Shown here in pieces: positions 23,198 through 32,000 of a DNA stretch of 32,000 nucleotides; the stretch's first letter is position 1, and each line of letters begins with the position of its first letter. The stretch is from the NCBI RefSeq assembly GCF_000400465.1, contig NW_008806281.1:270001-302000 (forward strand). The letters are read 5' to 3'. The DNA comes from Wallemia ichthyophaga EXF-994 (Eukaryota > Fungi > Basidiomycota). A model generated the notes under the pieces. It saw only the letters and a program-made list of their open reading frames with translations. It made no database searches and was not told where the DNA came from. Made by a program: the position numbers and the translations under genes.

Positions 23198-24874
23198 ATG
23201 ACTGAAATCGCTTTAAACAAGGAATTCGTTGGGCCAGAGGATGCTAATCAAGGTGAGTTGAATCCTCTTGAGGCTGTCCAACAAGAACACGCGCCAGAAG
23301 ACGTTGCAGAGGCTATAGAAGATTCTTCTGCTTGTGTGCATGAGCCTGGGCCTGAGCAAGTAGCTGAGCCTGAGTCTGAGCAAGTAGCTAAGCCTGAGTC
23401 TGAGCAAGTAGCTAAGCCTGAGCCTGAGGTAGCAGCTGAGCCAATAAATGAGTCAAAAGCCAACCCAGCCAACCCTGATTCAACAACAAACCCACCCGCT
23501 AAACCAGCTGTAACTAAAAAGGTCGTTAAACGCGTCGTACGCTCAACTGCACCTGCTGGCAATCCAAAGGCACCCACTCGCAGACCAATTGGCGCGTCTT
23601 CCACTACAACCACTAAAACTACAAAGCCTGATACTTCTCGTACGCATCCTACAAGTACCACTAGCACTGCCACTCGTTCTGGTCCAGGTACTCAATCTCA
23701 CCCATCACATCCATCAGCCTCACGGGCCCCAAGAACCACCGCCAACCGCTCATCCTCAATTTCTACTCCACGCGCTGATCCTCCCCCAGCTACCACCGCA
23801 CGCAGAACCACTATCGGCTCAACCAAGCCATCCACTGGGGCTGCCGTCAAGGAGAACAAACCACCTGCACCTCGCATGATCAGGAAGAATCCCACTGCGC
23901 CACCAGCACAAGCAAACACAGCTCAATTAGATAAACTCAACGCGCGTATTGCACAGCTCGAGGCAGTTGTTGATGAAAACACCTCTTTGCAAGACAAGTA
24001 CGACGCAGCTAATACCCAAGTAAACGAGTATCAATTGGTTATTGTCAATCTTGAGAAGAAAATGGAGGCAATGAAGACGTTTGTGGATGAGCACGACCGT
24101 ATGGCTGCCGCTGCTGCTACTTCTGTCAATGACACACAGCGCATGCAGTCTGACCTCGATTGCGCAAGAGCAGAAAGCGAGCAATTCAACAAGGCTACTG
24201 GAGAAGCTGAGCAGAAGGTGAAACAGTTGGAGGTGCGTCGAGTGTTAGCACTATGATATGTCGTATTAACCTACTTCACAGGATGAACTCGCCAACACCA
24301 AAGCAAATCACCTTGACACGCAAGAAAAAGCACTGACTGAAAAGAGCGAGTTAATTAGCAAGTTGGAAGTGGAGATGAAAAACTTAAGTGAGACACACGC
24401 GGGTAGTCAAAAGGAGCGCGATGATGTGGCTGCACAGCTCAACACTGCCAATGCACGCATCAGTGAGCTTGAACACCACGCTCACACCCTCAACGACTCG
24501 ATGCAAGTCGAAAACGCTCAACTAAAGAGCAAGATTGAGGAATTGCGTACGTTGGTGGCTGATAAGATGCAAGAGGATGAAGAGGTGCTGAAAAGTGGGC
24601 TCATTTGCTTTTTGTGCGCTATACTAACCAATCGCAGTGAAAGAAGAAATGCAAAGTCTCAGAATGAGTGCTGAGAGTGCTGAAAATGCTCAAAATACAC
24701 CAAACAAAGACGGTGCTGAACGTGCGTAGGAGTAATGAGCTCACAGCATCCATTTTGACTCCTCCTCCAGGCGTACAAGAGCTTGAAGGCGAGCTGAGCA
24801 AGTCCGAAACGCTTATCGCTGATTTAAAGGCGGTAAATGAGCGTATAATGAATCAATTGGCACAACAAGAGTGA
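23198..24874 (+). CDS. Hypothetical protein: acidic repeat N-terminus, Thr/Pro/Arg-rich disordered middle, C-terminal coiled coil
   Basis: Long ORF plus exons joined by three short GT-AG introns (~24233, ~24596, ~24722) that keep the frame. Heptad-rich C-terminus. Confidence 0.75.
23342..23437 (+). repeat. Coding tandem repeat, 4 x 24 nt (EPxxEQVA units)
   Basis: Units GAGCCTGGGCCTGAGCAAGTAGCT, GAGCCTGAGTCTGAGCAAGTAGCT, AAGCCTGAGTCTGAGCAAGTAGCT and AAGCCTGAGCCTGAGGTAGCAGCT. Confidence 0.95.
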
Positions 24875-24973
24875 GAGGAGTGGCTTCAACAATCTTGAAT
24901 GTAAATACAATAAATCTTTGTTTAATTGGAGTGTGTATGTGCCTTCTACCTTGTTCTTTCTTCTCAAACCACC

Positions 24974-27707
24974 ATGACTGACGGCAGCTCAAAAGGCCCC
25001 GATAAATACAATTTCTCCACTGAATGCGTTACAATAGATAATCCAGATGCTGGGAAGGACCAATTTAACAGCTCGTCAGTACCCATCTACCAGTCTGCGA
25101 CTTTTAAGGGAATGAACGGGGAGTACGACTATTCACGCTCTGGAAATCCAACCCGCACACATCTCCAGCACCATCTCGCAAAAATCAGCAGCGCGAAGCA
25201 TGCGTTCGCTGTGAGCAGTGGAATGGCAGCACTCGATGTTATAGCGCGAATTCTTAAACCAGGTGACCACGTAGTAGCCGGTGATGATCTCTACGGCGGC
25301 TCTAATCGATTATTAGGCTATTTACAATCGAATGCGGGCGTTGTAGTGCACCACATAGACACTTGCACTCCCAGCACCGTAGAACAATACCTGGATAAGG
25401 AACGCACCAGATTGGTACTTCTAGAAACCCCTACAAACCCTCTCATTAAGATTTGTGACGTCCAAGAGATCGCCTCGCGCGTTAAAGCCGTTTGTCCTTC
25501 CGCGATTATCGTCGTCGATAACACAATGATGAGCCCGTATCTGCAACGTCCACTCAACTTTGGCGCTGATGTTGTTTATGACTCCGCCACCAAGTACCTC
25601 TCAGGCCATCACGATCTTATGGCTGGTGTGGTCATTTGCAATAGAGACGATCTAGCAAAGGTGGGTGGGAGTATTCTGGTTCAGCTTACAGCTTACGCTT
25701 TACGCCTCACAGCACATGTCCTTCACTATCAACTCAGTCGGCAATGGTCTCGGTCCATTCGATTCGTTTTTGCTGTTGAGAGGTCTCAAGACACTGGCTA
25801 TTCGCATGGATCGTCAGCAAGCATCTGCTAAGATTATCGCATCGTTCCTCAACCAGCTACAATTCCAAGTTCATTACCCCGGTCTCAAAAACCACCCTGG
25901 ACACCACACTCACTTTAAAATGGCTAAAGATGCAGGCGCTGTCCTCTCCTTTGAGACGCGTGACATCAAGACAAGTGAGCGTATAGTGGGGGCTGCAAAA
26001 CTGTGGGGAATTTCCGTCTCATTTGGCGCTGTCAACTCACTCATTTCGATGCCTTGTCTCATGTCTCATGCGTCCATCCCCGCTCATCTCAGAGCTGAGA
26101 GGGGGCTTCCTGAGGATCTCATCAGACTTTGCGTCGGTATTGAAGACTGGGAAGATCTCATAGACGACTTGGAGTGTAGTTTGGTACAGGCGGGTGCCAT
26201 CAGGCGGCGAGAGGAGCAATCCACTTCGAGCACGCTGAGTTCCCCAGAAGGCTCTTTGGAGCGTGTTGGTGAAGAGCGTGCGCTGGGATGGCAGCGGTGT
26301 TTGCCAAGTGATGCCAATAATGCAAGTATGGACGGCGCATTACAACAGCCACATACGTCAGGAGACGCTGAAAACATAGTCGTGTCTGCACCCGGTAAGG
26401 TGATTTTGTTTGGTGAGCACGCCGTCGTGCACGGCGTCACTGCCATCGCGTCCGCCCTTGATCTCCGCTGCTACGGGTGTCTTGGAGCGCGTTCGGACGA
26501 TACAATCCACCTTGTTCTTCCCGACCTCCACAGCGAGTACTCAACCAAGGTGAGCGCACTCCCGTGGGCGGAGACGGAGGTGGAGAAGAGCGACGCTAGC
26601 GACGGCGATGGCAATGACGTCGACATGAACCCTACGCTCATCGCAGCCATCGAAAAGACACTGCCACCATCCATAACTGGCAAGATTCGTGGAGCGGTTG
26701 TTGCATTTGTGCACCACTACATGTCTTTGTGCTATCCCACCAAGCCCAGCCTCACGTTCACGGCCCGCTCCTCGATCCCTATCGGTGCCGGGCTGGGATC
26801 ATCAGCGGCGTATTCGACGTGCGTCTCCGCCGCGCTGCTGTTATACATGCAGAAGGTAGTGATCAACCGCCAACGCGCCACACCGCACATATCGCACAGT
26901 GGACGCAAATACATCGGTGTAGACATCGCAGCAACGGTGAACAAATGGGCGTTTGCCTCTGAGCGGATACTGCACGGGACGCCTTCGGGGATCGACAACA
27001 GTGTGTCGGTCTTTGGCGGGGCCATATCGTATGCGCGCGGACGTGCTCAGCCCATGATCCCCCTGCAAGGTTTCCAAAGCATGCTGCTGCTCCTCGCAAA
27101 CACGCACGTCGAGCGCGACGCGAAGGCGGTGATTTCACGCGTGCATGCCCTTAAAGCGAACCAGCCGGGCCTGTTCGATGAGTGCATGCGCCGCATTCAG
27201 GATGTCGTGGACGAGGCCGTGCGCTGTTTTCAGGATACTGACCTTCCTCGCGAGAGCATGCTCGTCGGTCTAGGTAAACTCGTCGCAGCTAACCACGCCC
27301 AACTCGAGTTACTCGGCGTTAGCCACCCCGCTCTCGAAATGATCATCGCTAAATTGAAGGCGTACGGGCTACAGACTAAGTTGACTGGCGCGGGCGGCGG
27401 CGGTTGCACGGTGACACTCCTCCCAGACTCGTTTGGAGCGGGTGGAGAGAGTGGAAAGAGTGGAGAGAGTGCTCACACTCTTGCTCACGTCACGTCTAAC
27501 CTCGCACAGAACGGGTTCAGCTCAATCGTCACTACCGTCGGCGGATCAGGACTCGGTGTCCTCATCGATAAGAAGGTGTGGGATATGCGTCTCGTTGACC
27601 AGGATGCGCGGGAGAGTGTCGCTCCGTTGGCTGGAATATTCACTCAGAGTTCTGCTGAAGAACTCGCTGGGAAAATGAAGGAATGTGGACATTGGGTGTT
27701 TGTATGA
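24974..27707 (+). CDS. Bifunctional cystathionine beta-lyase (STR3/MetC-like) / mevalonate kinase (ERG12) fusion protein
   Basis: N-terminal half: YDYSRSGNPTR, LETPTNP, VVDNT, DSATKYLSGH (PLP lysine), IRLCVGIED. C-terminal half: SAPGKVILFGEHAVV, PIGAGLGSSAA, HGTPSGIDN, KLTGAGGGGC. One intron at 25661-25713 and no stop between the domains. Confidence 0.93.
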
Positions 27708-27868
27708 GAATGATGCAGTGTTTGAATGACTTTGATGGAAATTGTGGAGTGCTGTGTATTTTGTGCTTTGTGCTGTTTGCGTTTTACAAAGATTTGTAAA
27801 TCTTGATAATCCTTCTTCTCTCGCCGTGTTGAACACTCTGCCGACTACCATCACAACCACAAGACAAA

Positions 27869-28846
27869 ATGAGCGACGAAGAGTTCGAAGAAGGCCCTGA
27901 TCCATTCATGGTTGATCTGGGTGAGGCGAATACGGGGAATCTAAATCTACTCGAGGAGTCGCACAGGATGGAAAGTAATCAGCAAACGGAATCGGCCAAT
28001 TCACTGGCATTTGAACTGGCAGCAGCGTTTGGGAGTGGGGGCAGTGGAGGCAGTCCACTCAAAACGCAGAGGAGAGTGGTAGATGAAGCACACACTTCTT
28101 CTGAGGAATCCAGCGATGACGAACAGATGTACACACTTGACGAAACACAGTTGGAAAAATACAACGCGGAACTTAACAAGGGGATTGAGATTAATGCTCA
28201 ATTTCTCAATAAGCTCGTCGATATCGATAGCGGACTGCCTATGCTTGAATCAACAGCTACAGTTGTAGTGAAAAAACTGGTGGAGACAGCGAAAGTGCGG
28301 GATGATCAGAGCAGGCAGCTTTGGGAAATGGATAGAGAGTTGAGCAAAGAGGACGATAGAGTGTTGGCGGTGCTTGAACCGTTGGAAAATGAGAAAATTG
28401 AAGGATTAGATAGTATAGAAGAGGAGGTGGATGAGGTTGGTGATAGCGTCAATAGCAATATGAATGAGAAGGTCGTTGATACTTACAATAACCACCAAAG
28501 CACCAGCACTCTCAGTAATACCGATAAATCAAACAGTAGTATACCCAGTTTAGAAGGATTCATCGATGAATACCTATTACGATCACTAGGAATGATCACA
28601 GAGATATCACAAATATCAACAGCCACGCTTAACGAGTCAAGTAGAAAGACGCGTGCTATGAGAAGTACCCTGAGTGGGATAAAGATGGAGGACAAACGTA
28701 CAACAAAGGCAATCCAAGTAATCGAGAGATTGGAAAGTAAGAGTAAAACATCATTGAAAGACTTGATGGATAAATTACAAGAAGATTTTATAACAAAGAT
28801 GAATAAAATGACAGAATGGGTTAGTGTACAACGTGTCTCACAATGA
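27869..28846 (+). CDS. Hypothetical acidic coiled-coil protein (325 aa)
   Basis: Long intronless ORF with coding-like composition. No domain recognised. Confidence 0.7.
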   Translation: MSDEEFEEGPDPFMVDLGEANTGNLNLLEESHRMESNQQTESANSLAFELAAAFGSGGSGGSPLKTQRRVVDEAHTSSEESSDDEQMYTLDETQLEKYNAELNKGIEINAQFLNKLVDIDSGLPMLESTATVVVKKLVETAKVRDDQSRQLWEMDRELSKEDDRVLAVLEPLENEKIEGLDSIEEEVDEVGDSVNSNMNEKVVDTYNNHQSTSTLSNTDKSNSSIPSLEGFIDEYLLRSLGMITEISQISTATLNESSRKTRAMRSTLSGIKMEDKRTTKAIQVIERLESKSKTSLKDLMDKLQEDFITKMNKMTEWVSVQRVSQ

Positions 28847-29212
28847 TAAAATGGAGCTATAAAGAGATGACCAGTCTGTGGATTCTAATGAAGGGTTCTC
28901 GATATCGTTGATGAGATTTTTTATTTCAATTTGAATTGAATTTGGCGTGTTTGAGGGAATAGACTGGGGGATTGTGAGGAAGTGAGAGTGAGTATATTTG
29001 GCACTCACAACAGACAAATACAAGTCATTAAAATACAAAAAGTAAATGATTTGATTGGTTGTGACAATCAGCTCCAGTGATTGGCTGTTGAAGTTGCTTA
29101 TAAACTCAACTAAACCAAGGTATAATCCAACGTTTACACTTTCATTTGACGTCAAATTTAATAAAATTGATTTAGATTTGTTAAAAATGATGAATTGAAT
29201 AATTTGAGTCAT
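28838..29212 (-). CDS. Small protein, possible longin-like (Ccz1/Intu first longin) domain
   Basis: FIIFN...GLYLGLVEFISNFN..LELIVT..IIYF..DLYLSV loosely resembles Ccz1-type longin 1. A probable 45-nt intron lies at 28964-29008. Confidence 0.5.
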   Translation of the reverse strand: MTQIIQFIIFNKSKSILLNLTSNESVNVGLYLGLVEFISNFNSQSLELIVTTNQIIYFLYFNDLYLSVVSAKYTHSHFLTIPQSIPSNTPNSIQIEIKNLINDIENPSLESTDWSSLYSSILSL

Positions 29213-29245
29213 TTAGGATGAAAGAAGGTATACGTTACGTCCACC

Positions 29246-30548
29246 ATGTCGATTGAAGGGAGTAAAAGAGAATTGATCGAATTAAAGTTGTTTGAGGTAC
29301 AAGGTAGGAATTGGTTTTGGTTTTTGGTGAGACAACTCTAATTATTTGTAAACTATCAAAGAACTTCGACACACCGACAGACCTTATGACTTCAAATTAC
29401 AAGAAATAGATGAAATAATTGAGAGTACTAATGAATCTGATCAATCTAATGAATTTGGTGATATAATCGATGAAATAAATCAACTCAGATCTCACTCAAA
29501 GGATAAGAATTGGCAGATTATCTACAAATCTACTTCAAATCAAGCTAAATTTATGATGAATAGTTTAGATAAATCTTTTAATTTCGTTGAACAGTTGCTG
29601 GATAAACCAAATTCACCTCAATTCGATGAGATATACTCTTCGTTCAAAGTAAAGTGCAATTACTACATTCCTTCAATTCAAAGAGTTTTAAACATTTTAT
29701 CAAAGTCAATCACTCAAGGTTTCAATATCAACGGTGATTGCCTTAGAGACCACGCTGATTTACAGCAGAGATGGAAAACTTTGGACAACAAACTAGAAGA
29801 AATTGACTCAAAATTGATTCAAATAAAACACTCAAACGATGTTGACATTTTAAACGATAAGCTCGCCCTTTTAAACCTTCAAACTCCTTCAAAACCTCAA
29901 TCACGTCCTTCTTCTAGATTGTCTCATTCACGACCTCCTTCACGTCTCCCTCGTCCTTCAACTCCCTCACGCCCATACAGCCCCACCCCTTCAATCCCCT
30001 CAAATTCATCTACACCCTCACGAATACCACGTTCTTCTCGCTCCTCTTCCCTTCTTTCGGCTGACATTGGTCGTGGTAGAAATCTCCTCACTCCTGAGCC
30101 CACTCTTAGAGCAAATGCGCGTCCTTTTTGGGGCGCTTCTAATAGCCCCATTCCACGATCCAGGAGGGTTGTTAGTGGTAGATCTTCCATCCTTAGTAGC
30201 AGCACATCCAGCAAAAATGAAGATAGCGGTAATTACCTCCCCAACTCCATAGACCCACTAGATGTTCAAGTAGGTATAATTTACAACGATCATGGCCTCG
30301 GCATCGGAATTCAGAGGATCGATCCCCCTCTCTCTCGTAGGCCTCGGCCTGAAACTGTCTCAAACATGCAGGCTCAGTACGCCTTCGAAACTCCGCACAA
30401 CAGGAAAGTAGTTAACTGTAAGCTACTAGAAGTAAAAGCTACAAGGCGTGCTCAGTTAAACGGAGAAGGCGACAGGAAGAAAGTTATGGTTAGAGTCGGC
30501 GGTGGTTGGAAAGATCTATCTCATTATCTCATCGAAAGGCAGCAGTAG
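29246..30548 (+). CDS. GAS2 (GAR) domain protein with helical N-terminus and Ser/Pro/Arg-rich linker
   Basis: C-terminal KVMVRVGGGWKDLSHYL GAR signature. The upstream exon from ATG 29246 joins in frame via intron 29304-29361. Confidence 0.8.
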
Positions 30549-30837
30549 TTTGCTTTGTTTATCTTCCTGGTGCAGTTATACCCCACTTGTATTTTAACGT
30601 TGATTATTTATTCCAATGTAGACAGCTCATGAGGTAATGGCCACCAAATGACGACATTGTTGAAAAGTCGGATAGTCAGATAGGAATATAATGATTGTTA
30701 TGTTACTATAATTTAAATGACAAGTCCAGGCTCATCCCTTGGGATCATTTGAACTTTTGGCATCTGTGCTCCGCGTTACATCACACAATCCTCACGTCAT
30801 GGTTAATTTGAAAGTTTTCAATCATGGAGTGGCGCTG

Positions 30838-30872
30838 AGGGGATATAAAGAAGACAGCATCTTCTTTATATA
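30838..30872 (+). promoter_or_regulatory. STRE-like AGGGG plus two TATA-like boxes upstream of the small hydrophilic gene
   Basis: TGAGGGGATATAAAG and TTTATATAAA lie 30-60 bp before ATG 30901. Confidence 0.4.
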
Positions 30873-30900
30873 AACCACCATCTACATTTGAAACACTATA

Positions 30901-31234
30901 ATGCCAGAACACTTCAAGAAAGCCGAACAAGTCGTGAGTTGTGAACAGTTGCACTAGACATTTCCTCTAACAACATCAGGTCGATCCAGCTGGCCACGGT
31001 ATGCCAACCAAGGATAACCTCAACGACAAGTTGATGAGCGAACGTCCAGCAGGCATCGCCGGTACCACCACCTCTACCACGGACGCTCCAGGCCCAGTCG
31101 ATGACAGAACTCAAGAGGAGAAGTACGCAGACTCACAAGCTACTGCCCAAGTAAACAAGGGTGGTGACAATGTCGTCCCTACCCCAGAGCAACAAACTGA
31201 CCTCAACAACATGAACGAGCGTCTCTCCAAGTAA
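30901..31234 (+). CDS. Small (~95 aa) highly hydrophilic, probably disordered protein
   Basis: Exon 1 MPEHFKKAEQV, intron 30934-30979 (GTGAGT...CTAAC...CAG), then VDPAGHGMPTKDNLNDKL...NERLSK* in frame. Confidence 0.7.
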
Positions 31235-31634
31235 AACTGCTCAATAGAAATCAATCTTAATATTGCTACGCATTTTGTCAATAGACTCACCTTACGCTGT
31301 ATGACTAAATAAATGAATCTAATGCATCGACTTTGTGCTAGCTTGTCGTTAGTTTTCAGAATGGTTTGGTTAGTTTGATTGGTGCGGCCCATCCTCCTTT
31401 CTCAGCTAGTTTGAGATGGCTCAATTTGAAGACATTAATCATTCATTGGTATCAAAAGACGTCATGTATGGTATATAACTGCGTTGTTTGATATTCTCAT
31501 CTGGTTTCATCTTTGACTTTCATAGAGTCATTGTACGTTATCGAGAAAGCTATTCGTTAATGTCCAGATCAGTCTCTCTAGATCGAAATAGCGATAGAGA
31601 TTACTTGCGCGGTGGTCATCATTGATGACGTTTC

Positions 31635-32000
31635 TCATCCTGGACCGTGCATCCAGAAGTGTTGATATCTATGAAACGCACCATCTGACAGCTTGTATAT
31701 GTGCAAGTAGTGATGAGTCTCTTTTATCTTCATTTCGTTTGATGTACCAAAGTCATTCAGAATGACGATTTTCTTCAGTGAAGTCTTTTGGATATCTGGT
31801 AGGGCTCTATTCATACTTTCTATGAGATTGTCCTGTGCCAAGCCAGGCGCATCGGCAGGACGGTGGATTGTGAGTACTTCAAGGGAGGGGTATAGTTTTA
31901 AAATGCACTGCGCAAATACGTTGGCAACGTCATCAAAGATATCGTTTATCTCAATCGTTAACTCTTTCGCGCATTTCGATGAACCGACCAGCTTGGCCAA
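31635..32000 (-). CDS. Partial hypothetical protein (3' part; 5' end outside the window)
   Basis: Open frame of 121 codons running in from the window edge. The true 3' end is uncertain and possibly spliced. Confidence 0.5.
   Translation of the reverse strand: MAKLVGSSKCAKELTIEINDIFDDVANVFAQCILKLYPSLEVLTIHRPADAPGLAQDNLIESMNRALPDIQKTSLKKIVILNDFGTSNEMKIKETHHYLHIYKLSDGAFHRYQHFWMHGPG

Noticed and set aside
23342-23437. Repeat array as a CRISPR-like element
   Set aside because: The units are directly adjacent without spacers, lie in frame within a eukaryotic CDS, and there are no cas genes.
24974-27707. Terpene or secondary-metabolite biosynthetic cluster around mevalonate kinase
   Set aside because: No terpene synthase, prenyltransferase, P450 or cluster regulator is nearby.
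28400-30000. AT-rich block relative to GC-richer neighbours, as a possible foreign insertion
   Set aside because: The genes there carry the same intron style as the rest of the window, there are no mobile-element hallmarks, and I could not quantify GC.
31480-31700. Alternative-frame continuation (...LLDARSRMRNVINDDH...) of the terminal partial gene
   Set aside because: I found no convincing donor/acceptor pair that joins it in frame, so it is left unresolved.

Overview
Very gene-dense eukaryotic window from a compact fungal genome. The short (~43-60 nt) GT-AG introns with CTNAC/CTAAC-type branch points, the tiny intergenic spacers and the basidiomycete-type protein architectures suggest a Wallemia-like basidiomycete (inference). 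It holds about 22 protein-coding loci, mostly housekeeping: AA9-like secreted protein, EB1/BIM1, AVT-type amino acid transporter, RPT3, MYST HAT, SEC72, UBC7, DUF2015, ARG1, RAD50, GEM1/Miro, RNase T2, RING-CH E3, Rad1 (9-1-1 clamp), a cystathionine beta-lyase/mevalonate kinase fusion, a GAS2-domain protein and several orphans, plus a disrupted DUF4038/GH140-like pseudogene. I saw no rRNA, tRNA, CRISPR array or transposon. The most notable observations are a probable 1-nt micro-exon in EB1, head-to-head genes with start codons only 11-74 bp apart (RAD50/GEM1: 11 bp), two apparent pseudo-enzymes (AA9 lacking His1; MYST with a Gly->Gln change in the acetyl-CoA motif) and the STR3-ERG12 fusion. 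All exon models were derived by eye. I found no clear multi-gene novel system.
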